Part shown: positions 20,221 through 29,746 of the stretch, piece by piece
How the letters are laid out: each line of letters opens with the position of its first letter
How positions within the stretch are numbered: position 1 is the first letter of the stretch
NCBI GenBank assembly: GCA_963772835.1
Contig: CAVYYZ010000001.1
Coordinates: 1 to 64,000 of the forward strand
DNA length: 64,000 nt
Reading direction: 5' to 3'
DNA from: an uncultured delta proteobacterium
GTDB taxonomy: Bacteria > Desulfobacterota > Desulfuromonadia > Geobacterales > Pseudopelobacteraceae
Translations under genes and position numbers: made by a program
Notes under the pieces: model-generated
The model's database searches: none
What the model was told of the DNA's origin: nothing
Seen by the model: the letters and a program-made list of their open reading frames with translations, nothing else

Positions 20221-20990
20221 TCACCATTTTTCTTCGTCGAACGTCATCGGTGCGAGTGTCGCGGCGAGAATCACGGCGACGAGAGAGGGTAGGGCGGTGA
20301 GGAAGATGAGTGTGATCCCGCTGCGACGCGGGCCCTGAAAGCGGCATAGCGGCGGCAACAACGTGAGGCCCGAAATCAAAGGCGTCAGGGCCAGTAGGCG
20401 GTGGCACCAGACGGGCACGTCCGATTCGGCCACTTCGCGGTTGAAAAGCAGGAGTGTGAGTACGGGGACGACGGCCGCCGTCGCGGCCCCGCCGGCGTCG
20501 GACTTTGTGAGCCAGGCGAGAATCGCCAATGCAAACAGGCCCAGGGCGAGTCCGGTCGCGAGGTCGGAGAAGCCGAGTGACTTGGCGTGGAGCAAAACGA
20601 CTCCGCCGGCCCCGGCGAAGATCGACGCCGCGAACGCCGTGGCCCCGCCCGGTTGGCGGTGCGCGATTTCGGCGACGATCGCCCACGAGACCCCGAACCA
20701 GAGACCGACGAGCGGAACCCACCAGCGGGCCTCGGCCTGCCAGCGGGCGTCCACGATGAAGTGGGCGATCACACCGGCGGTCAAGCCGCGGAGTAGGAAG
20801 CCGAACGGCCGATTCCCGACGGCTAGGGCCACGAATTCCACGGCAAAGCACGCGGCCCCGGCCCCGCCGCCGAAGTGCCACCATTTGCCGTCGGGTTGCC
20901 AGGGGAAGGGCGTATCGCGGAAGTGATTCACGGCCACGACGGCGGCGAACAGGGCCAGCACACTCACGGCCGTCGTGGCCCGCCGCCACG
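20221..20990 (-). CDS. Polytopic membrane protein, 5'-truncated at the sequence junction
   Basis: The hydrophobic ORF continues upstream of 20967 (WRRATTAV) into unrelated AT-richer DNA, with no credible start or RBS. Confidence 0.6.
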
Positions 20991-21000
20991 CAATGATTTT
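20985..21000. other. Junction between Planctomycetota-like and Geobacteraceae-like sequence
   Basis: Abrupt drop in GC, truncated gene, and change in gene content and codon style. Confidence 0.85.
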
Positions 21001-21031
21001 ACTTCGCGTTCTTTGCGTCTTTGCGGTTCAA
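21001..21031. repeat. Right arm only of a CGCAAAG-unit palindrome
   Basis: ACTTCGCGTTCTTTGCGTCTTTGCGGTTCAA; shares CGCGTTCTTTGCGTC with the arm at ~12031-12045. Confidence 0.6.
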
Positions 21032-21074
21032 ATGCTTTTTGTAGGAAGCTATGTTGAGAAAGGGCCGCTAACAA

Positions 21075-21209
21075 ATGCCACGTGCGAATCGACGCTACAT
21101 TCCAGAAATATGTAAGGACATCCCCCCATTTGTTTCGGTTGAAAGCAAACGGGGTGTCATCAACTTTATATTGCCTCAAAACAATATAGTTGCTATTCTT
21201 TCCCCATGA
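21075..21209 (+). pseudogene. 44-codon ORF whose first 10 residues resemble the N-terminus of REP-associated (Y1/IS200-like) transposases
   Basis: MPRANRRYIP after GAAAGGG; similarity ends where a hairpin (21117-21158) begins. Confidence 0.45.
21161..21206 (+). promoter_or_regulatory. Sigma70 promoter (probably leaderless) with an overlapping inverted repeat
   Basis: TTGCCT(21171)-17 bp-TATTCT(21194) with extended TG, ATG at 21206; TATATTG-N8-CAATATA palindrome over the -35. Confidence 0.55.
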
Positions 21210-21497
21210 AAGCGAGGCTGCTCCAGAAGTCTAAAGAAGAGTTTACGGGCGGCGTTATTGTTGAGACGGTGGTTTGGGAGCTGGCGGAAGCCACGCCGGA
21301 TCGCCCGCACAGTCTGAAATATCGTTTGTACTGCGGCAGAAGTGGTAAGTGTATCGTTCGATATGACAACGAGACCAGGAAAAGGTGATCATCGGCATTA
21401 CGGAACTCGCGAGGAATTGTATCGCTACACCACGTTTTCAAAACTGGTAGAAGACTTTTTGGCGGATGTTGAACGCTTGACAGGAGTGAATTTATGA
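21206..21497 (+). CDS. DUF6516 / TumE-family putative toxin, frameshift near 21380
   Basis: VVWEL...DRPHSLKYRLY...VRYDNE then KGDHRH...FSKLVEDFLADVE in the next frame; ATGA overlap with the next gene. Confidence 0.75.
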
Positions 21498-21871
21498 ATA
21501 AGGCAATCATCGGAATTAGTGACTGGACAACGACGCGTAAGGGACTGCTCGGGCTTGCAAGTAAACTTGATTTGAAGGAGCGCATGCCTGATGCTGATTA
21601 TCATCTGAATTTTGCCACGCCGACTCAAATGTTCTCTGAACTGACTCCAAAACGGATGGAGCTGTTATGCCGCCTAAAGCAGGAGGGGCCTCTGTCCGTC
21701 TACCGACTTGCAAAAGAGACCGGTCGCAATTATAGCAACGTACATGCCGATATAATCCGGCTTTTGGAACTGGAGCTGGTGTCTAAGAACGAAAAAGGGC
21801 GGGTTTTTGTGCCGTGGGACGATGTGGAAATTCACGCATCGTTGAACACGCCGGCAAAATTGGCAGCATGA
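21494..21871 (+). CDS. HVO_A0114-family winged-HTH protein (putative cognate antitoxin)
   Basis: LTPKRMELL, GPLSVYRLAKETGRNYSNVHADIIRLLELELV, VFVPWDDVEI. Confidence 0.8.
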   Translation: MNKAIIGISDWTTTRKGLLGLASKLDLKERMPDADYHLNFATPTQMFSELTPKRMELLCRLKQEGPLSVYRLAKETGRNYSNVHADIIRLLELELVSKNEKGRVFVPWDDVEIHASLNTPAKLAA

Positions 21872-21942
21872 CATCGTTTTGTCTTCCCACATCGGCGAGA
21901 AAAATAAGTGGGCGAACTCAACTACCCCACTGTGAGGTTGCT

Positions 21943-22191
21943 ATGTACTGGGATGTAAAAGCGGTTAAACCGATGTCAGACTATCGTATCTATGTTGAAG
22001 TTGAGGATGGTCGAAAGGGGATATTTGACCTCAAGCCATATCTGGATCGAGGAGTGTTTCGCGAACTAAGGGATATACACTATTTCAATCGTGTCGGGAT
22101 TCTGTTCGGCGCGGTAACATGGCCAAACGAGCAGGATATCGCGCCTGAAACCCTTCTTGCTGAAATGCTCCCTGTCGAACCGAGCCATTAA
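21943..22191 (+). CDS. DUF2442 domain protein
   Basis: VKAVKPMSDYRIYVEVEDG, GVFRELRD..YFNRV, VTWPNEQDIAPETL; GAGG RBS. Confidence 0.8.
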   Translation: MYWDVKAVKPMSDYRIYVEVEDGRKGIFDLKPYLDRGVFRELRDIHYFNRVGILFGAVTWPNEQDIAPETLLAEMLPVEPSH

Positions 22192-22220
22192 GTGCGCCGA
22201 TTGTTTTAACGGAGGACGGA

Positions 22221-23217
22221 ATGCCTGAAAAACCGAAACTGGCGATCTATTGGGGCGCATCCTGCGGCGGCTGCGAGATCGCCGTCGTCAATCTCCACGA
22301 AAAATTACTGGACGTGGATGCCGCCCTGGATTTCATGTTCTGTCCCTGCCTGCTGGACACCAAGAAGAAGGATATCGAGGCGCTTCCGGACGGGGCCATT
22401 GCCGTGACCCTCTTCAACGGCGCCCTCCGTACCGAGGAGAATGTCGAGATGGCCCGGCTGCTGCGGCGGAAATCCCGACTGCTGGTGGCCTTCGGCTCCT
22501 GCGCCAAGGGGGGCTGCATCCCGGCTCTGGCCAATTTCACCACCAAAGACGAACTGCTGGACTCCATCTATCTTGACAATCCCTCGGTTGATAATCCGGA
22601 CGCAAATCATCCCCTCCGGCACGACCTCCTTTCCCGAAGGGGAGATCCATCTGCCGGCGCTCCTGGGGCGGGTGAAGCATCTGGCCCAGGAGGTGGAGGT
22701 GGATTACTACATCCCCGGCTGTCCTCCCGAATCGCACCAGATCTGGAACGTGATCGAGACCATCCTCTCCGGCGATCTGCCGCCAAAGGGGAGCACGATC
22801 GGCTGCGGCACCCTGACGGTCTGCGACGACTGCGACCGGACCAAGGAGGAAAAACGGATCACCGCCTTCCGGCGCAGTTACGAATTCTATCCCGAACCCA
22901 AAATCTGCCTGCTGGAACAGGGGCTGCTCTGCATGGGGATCGCGACCCGGAACGGCTGCGGCGCTCCCTGCACCAAGGCCAACATGCCCTGCACCGGCTG
23001 CTACGGCGCACCGGACGGGATCAGCGACCAGGGGGCGAAGATGGTGGCGGCGCTCGGTTCGGTCATGGACATCGGCGATACGACCGGCCTGTCGGAAGAG
23101 GAAATCTCCGGGCGGGTGGATGCTTTTCTGGCAACGATTCCGGACTATGCCGGACTGTTCTACAAATACACCCTGGCCAGTTCGACTCTGGGCGGCAGGG
23201 TCGGGAGGAACCGATGA
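22221..23217 (+). CDS. mvhG: Group 3c [NiFe]-hydrogenase small subunit, frameshift near 22600
   Basis: ASCGGCE, AFGSCA.GGCIPAL, YYIPGCPP, VCDDC, CLLEQGLLCMG.ATR.GCGAPC...NMPCTGCYG. Confidence 0.88.
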
Positions 23218-24711
23218 CGACGCGTATCACGATTGACCCGATCACCCGCCTGGAAGGGCATGGCCGGATAGATATCTTTCTGGACGATCAGGGGACGGTG
23301 GAGAACGCCTGTTTCCAGATCCCGGAACTGCGCGGTTTCGAACAGTTCTGTGTCGGGCGCATGGCCGAGGAGATGCCGGTCATCACCAACCGGATCTGCG
23401 GCGTCTGCCCCGAGGCCCATCACCTGGCGGCCACCAAGGCGCTGGACGGCGTCTTCGGCGCCGAACCGACCTCTGTCGCAAAAAAACTGCGCGAGCTGCT
23501 CTACATGGCGTTTTTCGTCACCGATCACACCACCCACTTCTACGCCCTGGGCGGGCCGGATTTCATCGTCGGGCCGGATGCTCCCCCGTCGGAGCGCAAC
23601 ATCCTCGGGGTGGCCCGCAAGGTCGGTCTGGATGTGGCCGGCGAGGTGATCGCCTGCCGCAAGCGCAACCACGAGATCATCACCTTTCTGGGGGGCAAGT
23701 CGATCCATCCGGTGGCCGGAGTCCCCGGCGGCTGGAGCCGCGCCATCACCGCAGAGGAGCGGGCCCAGATCGAGGATACGGCCCGCAAGAACATCGAATT
23801 TGCCCGTTTCACCCTGTCCGTCTTTGAAAAAATTGTCCTGAAGAACCCGCTCTATCTGGAGATGGTTACCTCCGACACCTACCTGCACCGCACCTATTCC
23901 ATGGGGACGGTGGATGCCGATAATCAGACCAATTTCTATGACGGCATGATCCGGGTGGTTGATCCGGAAGGGAACGAGTTCGTCAAATACCACCCTTCCG
24001 AATACCGCGAACATATTGCCGAACGGGTGGAATCCTGGACCTACCTGAAATATCCCTACCTGAAAAAGGTGGGGTGGAAGGGGCTGACCGACGGGATCGA
24101 GAGCGGCGTCTACACCGCCACGCCGCTGTCGCGGCTGAATGTCTCCGAGGGGATGGCGACGCCGCTGGCCAACGCCGAGTACCAGCGGATGTACGAGACC
24201 TTCGGCTGCAAAAAGATCACGGCGGCCCGTTACGAGCCGATCCATCACCGCCTCGCCACCCACTGGGCGCGGCTGATCGAACTGCTCTACGCTTCGGAAC
24301 GGATGCTGGAGCTGGCGCTCGATCCTGAAATCACCTCGCCGGAAACCCGCAATATTCCTGATCCGGCCATGTTTGTCGGCGAAGGGGTCGGCTCGGTCGA
24401 GGCGCCGCGCGGGACGCTGACCCATCATTATGTCACCGATGAGCGAGGGGTGCTGACCAAGGTCAACATGATCGTCGGCACCACCAACAACTATGCCCCG
24501 ATCTCCATGTCGATCAAGCGTGCCGCGGAAAAGCTGATCACCAGCAACGCCCCGGAGGAGGCGATTCTCAACAGGATCGAGATGGCCTTCCGGCTCTATG
24601 ATCCCTGCTTCTCCTGCGCCACCCACTTTCTGCCCGGCAAGATGCCGCTGACCGTGTCGCTGCGTGACAGCCAGGGCGGACTTGCTGCGGGAGATGCGGA
24701 GAAAGGGATGA
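23214..24711 (+). CDS. mvhA: Group 3c [NiFe]-hydrogenase large subunit, frameshift near 24680
   Basis: [39 protein letters not shown] (L1), [24 protein letters not shown] (L2) plus a cleavable C-terminal extension. Confidence 0.92.
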
Positions 24712-25229
24712 AGCATCTCATCGCTGGGAGAGTGCCTCCGCGGGGGAGGCGGGAGGGGGTGGAACCGTCATCATCGGGATGGGGAATCCGCTGCTCTCCG
24801 ATGATGGTGTCGGGATTGCCGTGGCCCATGCCGTGGCGGAGCGCCTGAAGCAGCGGATGAATCTGACCGTGACGGAGCTGCACACCGGCGGGATCAGGCT
24901 GATGGAGGCGATGGCCGGTTTCAGGCGGGCGGTGGTGGTGGACGCCATGCTGAGCGGCGCACCTCCCGGCACCGTGCAGCGTTTTGATCCGACGGATTTT
25001 GTCACCACCAAGAACACGTTTTCCAGCCACGATACCGATTTTGCCACGGCCTATGACCTGGGGCGGATGGCGGGTGTTCCGCTGCCGGAGCAGGTTTCCT
25101 TCTGGGGGATCGAGGCCCGTGAGTTTGACCTGTTCGGCGAACGATTCACCGACGAGGTGGCTGCGGCGCTGCCGGGAGCGGTGAGCCGGATTGTTGCCCA
25201 GATTACGGCATGGGAGGAGGCGAGCATGA
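24708..25229 (+). CDS. Hydrogenase maturation endopeptidase (HycI/HybD family); ends affected by indels
   Basis: VIIGMGNPLLSDDGVG, AVVVDA, SSHD. Confidence 0.88.
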
Positions 25230-27184
25230 AGATCGGTATCTATTTCTGCAACTGCGGCAGCAACATCGCCGACAAGATCAGTTCCGCAGCGGTGTGCCGA
25301 CGCGGCCGCATCCTTTCCGGACCAGCCGTATGTGAAAATCGTGGATTTTATCTGTTCGGAAGATGGCAAGCTGCAGTTCGAGGAGAGCCTTAGGTCGGAA
25401 CAGCCGGATCGGGTGGTCGTGGCCGCCTGTTCTCCGCGCGACCATGAGGCCACCTTCCGCCGCTGCCTGACCAATGCCGGGATGAACCCCTATCTGATGC
25501 AGATGGTCAACATCCGCGAACAGATCGCCTGGGTGACGGAAGATCCGGCAATGGCGACCGAAAAGGCGATTCGCGGCCATCCGGGGGGCGGTCTGCCGGG
25601 TGCGGCTGCAGCAACCGCTGGAAAAGAAACAGCTGGAGGTCTGCCCGGATGCACTGGTGATCGGTGCCGGTCCGGCCGGTATGAAAGCGGCCCTGGCGCT
25701 GGCCGAAGCGGGGCGGTCGGTGGTGCTGGTGGAGCGGACGCCGTTTATCGGCGGCCTGCCGGTTCGTTTCGAGGAACTTTTCCCGGCCCTGGAGTGCGCC
25801 CCCTGCATGCTGGAACCGCTGATGGGGGATCTGCTCCATGGTGACTATCGCCGGGAAGATCGAGCTGATGACCATGGCGGAACTGGTCGAGGTGACCGGT
25901 TTCTACGGCAACTTCATCGCCAAAATCCGGCAGAAGCCGCGCCACGTCTCGCTGCACGACTGCATCGGCTGCGGCGAGTGCGTGGAGGCCTGTCCGGCAG
26001 CGACAGTGAATGAATTCAACAGCAACGCCAGCCAGCGCAAGGCGATCGACTTCGCCTTTACCGGTGTCCTGCCGAATGCTCCGTTCCTGATGGAGGATGT
26101 CTGTGTCCGTTCGAACGGGCGAGGAATGCCGGGCCTGCAAGGACGCCTGTCCGATGGGCGAGGATGTCGTCAATCTTGAAGAGCAGGAGACGGTTGTCGA
26201 GCGCACGGTCGGTTCCATCATCCTGGCCACCGGCGCCGGGCTGTACGATGCCTCTCAGGTGGCCGGCATGGGGATGGGGACGCTGCCGGATGTGTACGAT
26301 GCGCTGCAGTTCGAACGGATGCTCTCATCCACCGGCCCGACCGGCGGAGAGATCGTGACGACAGCCGGCACGCCCCCGTCAGCGGTGGCCATCATCCATT
26401 GCGTCGGAAGCCTTGATGACGCTCATAAACCGTACTGCTCCGGCATCTGCTGCCAGTACGCCTTCAAGTTCAATCACCTGATCTCGGCAAAACTGCCCGA
26501 AACCACCATCACCCACTATCACCGCGAACTGGTCATGCCGGGCAAAGAGGCGCACACCCTCTTCAGCCATGCGGTCAGGAACAGAAACTCCTCCCTGAAA
26601 CGATACGACGGCATCAGGGATCTTGCGGTCACACAGGATGACAACGGCAGGCTTCAGGTGAGCGCCAAAGGGGAGGTCACTCCTGCGGACATGGTCATTC
26701 TCTGCCCGGCCGTGATTCCGGCGGAGGGAGCCGACACGCTTTCCAGGCTGCTGGATGTCAGCCGCGACTCATTCGGGTTCTTTCCGTGAGCTGCACGGGC
26801 GGACGGATGCAGCCCAGAGTACCATCAAGGGGGTCTATCTGGCCGGTTCCTGTCAGGAGCCGATGGATATCAGGACGGCGATGCTGGAAGGGATGGCGTC
26901 TGTCGGCCACACCCTGGCCGGGCTCCAGCCGGGGCGCACGATGGAAATCGAGCCGATCACCGCCGAGGTTGATGAAACCCGCTGTTCCGGCTGCCGTCTC
27001 TGCGCTATCGGTCTGTCCGTATCGTGCCATTTCGTTCGACACGGAGCACAATGCGTCCAGTGTCAACGCCGTGCTCTGTCACGGCTGCGGCACCTGTGTG
27101 ACCGCCTGTCCGGCCGGAGCCATTACCGGCCACCATTTTACCAATGAGCAGATCATGGCCGAGATTGAAGGAGTCCTGAAATGA
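25226..27184 (+). CDS. hdrA: Heterodisulfide reductase subunit A-like FAD/Fe-S protein, several frameshifts
   Basis: IGIYFCNCGSNIA, VVVAACSPRDHE.TFR, ALVIGAGPAG, ECAPCML, CIGCGECVEACP, IILATG, LQFERML, HCVGS...YCSGICCQYAFK, GVYLAGSCQEPMDI, C-terminal 2x[4Fe-4S]. Confidence 0.88.
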
Positions 27185-27652
27185 CAGCAGCGGAAGGTCT
27201 TTGAGCCCAAAATCATCGGATTTCTCTGCAACTGGTGCTCCTATGCCGGCGCCGACAAGGCGGGCGGGATGCAGGAGCCGTATCCTCCCAATGTCCAGGT
27301 CATCCGGGTCATGTGCAGCGGCAGGGTCGATCCGCAGTTCATTCTTTCCGCACTTGTAAAAGGTGCCGACGGTGTTATAATCCTGGCCTGCCACCCGGGT
27401 GACTGCCACTACAAAGAGGGGAACTGCCGCGCCCTGCAGCGCCACAGCATGTTGAACCTGATGCTGGAACAGCTGGGGGTCGAAAAAGAGCGCTGCCGGC
27501 TGGATTATGTTTCGGCCGGAGAAGGGGAAAAGTTCAGCCGGGTCATCCGCGAGATGGTTGAATCTGTTCGTATGCTGGGGCCGCTTGCTGTGGCGCCGGA
27601 ACGTAGTCCGTACGATTCGCATAGTGAAGCGTCAGATTGCCACAGATCATAA
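27181..27652 (+). CDS. mvhD: MvhD/FlpD [2Fe-2S] subunit, frameshift just after the start
   Basis: FEPKIIGFLCNWCSYAGAD, IRVMCSGRVDP, GADGV...CHPGDCHY.EGN, VSAGEGEKF. Confidence 0.92.
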
Positions 27653-27684
27653 ACATATATACAACTACCAGAAGGAGATACATT

Positions 27685-27908
27685 ATGGCTGTTATCAGTA
27701 CTCGATGCACGAGGGCTCAAATGCCCTCAGCCGACTCTCAAGATCACCGTCATGTCGGTCAAGATGAAACCGGGTGATGTCCTTGAAGTTATCGCTGATT
27801 GCCCGACCTTCGAAAAGGATGTGCGTGATTGGTGCTCACGCGCCAAGAAAGACCCTCTTGTGGGTCAAGGAAGAGGGGACGGCAAAGAAAGTACAGATCC
27901 AGTTCTGA
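27685..27908 (+). CDS. TusA/SirA-family sulfur-carrier protein, two indels
   Basis: AAGGAG RBS; reconstructed VLDARGLKCPQPTLKITVMSVKMKPGDVLEVIADCPTFEKDVRDWC...TLLWVKEEGTAKKVQIQF. Confidence 0.82.
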
Positions 27909-27940
27909 TCGTGCAATATTTTCAACTCCCTGGAAAGGAT

Positions 27941-29629
27941 GTGACCACCTTGAGCACTGCAAACAGTAGTTGCGGCAAAACTTCAAAAGATCCGCGATGC
28001 GTACATAAAACAGCTTCCCGCGCAACTGGAAGGAATCCGTGCTTCCTACTCCGAATTTGTTCAGGGAGAGAAAGGGAGCGCGTCGCTGGAGGATCTGCAT
28101 CGCCGCATCCATACCATGAAAGGGGCGTGTGCCTCGTTCCGGCTGAGCATGTTGAGCGCGGTGGCCACGGCGGGGGAACATCTGGCAAAGGAGGCGATGC
28201 AGTCTGAAGACGCCCCCTGACCGGTTCTGGCATCAGAAGATGCAGGAGCATTTCGTCCGGATGGAACATGAGATTTCCGTTATCGATCCGACGCAGGGAA
28301 TGGAGTCGCAGATTCAGGAGTTGGCAATAGCCGCCGGGGAAATATCTGAACGGGAACGAAAGCTGGTGTATCTGTGTGAAGACGACTCGTATCAACGCCT
28401 GACATTGGCTACGCAGATAGGCTGTTTCGGTTTTGAGGTTCTTTCTTTCGGTGAACTGGATCAGTTGCTCAACGCCGTCCGGAGCGCCCCCCCCGACGCG
28501 ATTGTGATGGATATGATTTTTCCCGACAGGCCGCTCGGTGGGGCTGATAGTCATGAAAATCATTCAGTCGGGCCGCGCGAACCCGGTTCCAACGATCTTT
28601 GTTTCATCCCAGGGATCGCTCGCCAATCGTCTGTCGGCTGTACGCGCCGGTTCCTCCGCCTATTTCGTGAAACCGGTTAACATCACTGAACTCTGCTCGA
28701 CCCTCAGCCAGCTTACCTCAGCGGTGACGCCTGAACCGTACCGGATCATGATCGTGGACGACGACCCGCAAATGGCTGAATATCATGCCTTGATACTCCA
28801 GGAAGCGGGAATGATCACTCTGGCGGTAAACGATCCGCTGCAGGTCATGTCGCCATTATTCGAATTCAAGCCGGACCTGATCTTGATGGATATGTACATG
28901 CCCGGCTGCAACGGCATGGAGCTGGCCAAGGCAATCCGGCAGATCGGTTCCTATTTCAGCATTCCGATCGTCTATCTCTCCAGCGAAACCGATCTCGACA
29001 AACAGTTTCAGGCCATGCAGACCGGAGGGGATGCCTTCCTGACCAAACCGATCAACCCCCACCGTCTGGTTTCTTCCGTGGCTGTCCGTGCCGAACGGAT
29101 GAAGATCATCCGCTCCCAGATGGTGCGGGACAGTATGACCGGCCTGTTCAACCATACCGCTACCAAGGAACAGCTGGATACGGTAATTGCCTATGCCCAG
29201 CGCAAGCAGGAAGAGGTCTGCTTCGCCATGATCGATGTGGACAAGTTCAAGGGGGTGAACGATACTTATGGGCATCCGATCGGTGACCGCGTATTGATCG
29301 CCCTTGCGCGTCTCATCAGGCAGCGGGTGCGCAAAGCCGACATCGTCGGCAGGTTTGGCGGAGAGGAATTTGCCGTTATTCTTCCCGGCTGCAGCATATC
29401 CGAGGCGGTAACCCTCCTTAACGAAGTGAGAGAGAGTTTCGCCGCCGTTACTTTTGAGGCGAAAGAGGAAACGTTTTCATGCACTTTCAGTTGCGGTGTC
29501 GCCCCGCTCTCTCTCTTTGGTGATGCGACCGCTATCAATGCCGGGGCTGACGAGGCGCTCTATGCCGCCAAGGATGGCGGACGTAATCTGGTCGTCGCTG
29601 CCGACGGCGTTAACGGAGTGAAAAAATGA
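27941..29629 (+). CDS. Hpt-REC-REC-GGDEF diguanylate cyclase, several frameshifts
   Basis: LHRRIHTMKG (Hpt), PDAIVMD and IMIVDDD..PDLILMDMYMP (receivers), RDSMTGLFN, FKGVNDTYGHPIGD, RKAD I-site, RFGGEEF. Confidence 0.85.
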
Positions 29630-29703
29630 CAGATCCGTCAGAACCTATGTAGAAATCAGGAGTGGTTTGCGTTGATGTGAGATGCAGAGGGGAAGGAATA
29701 TTC

Positions 29704-29746
29704 AGGGGGTGGGATAAACGGCACGTTCGTTTAAACCCGACCCCCT
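29704..29746. terminator. Imperfect hairpin between the convergent GGDEF gene and recN
   Basis: AGGGGGTGGGATAAACG...CGTTTAAACCCGACCCCCT followed by a T-run. Confidence 0.45.

Noticed and set aside
24590..24630. Selenocysteine-containing [NiFeSe] hydrogenase
   Set aside because: The L2 motif is DPCFSC with normal Cys codons and no in-frame TGA
22221..24848. 875-aa apparent MvhG-MvhA fusion in the ORF track
   Set aside because: The middle of the ORF is out-of-frame nonsense; the true mvhG C-terminus is in ORF 22441-23217, and mvhA has its own RBS and ATGA-coupled start at 23214
24779..25393. Apparent protease-HdrA N-terminal fusion
   Set aside because: A GGAGGAGG RBS and ATGA at 25226-25229 match the coupling pattern of the rest of the operon; a single indel explains the read-through
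29230..29380. Hypr-type (3',3'-cGAMP-forming) GGDEF as known from Geobacter
   Set aside because: The specificity position reads GHPIGD (Asp, canonical c-di-GMP) rather than Ser/Thr
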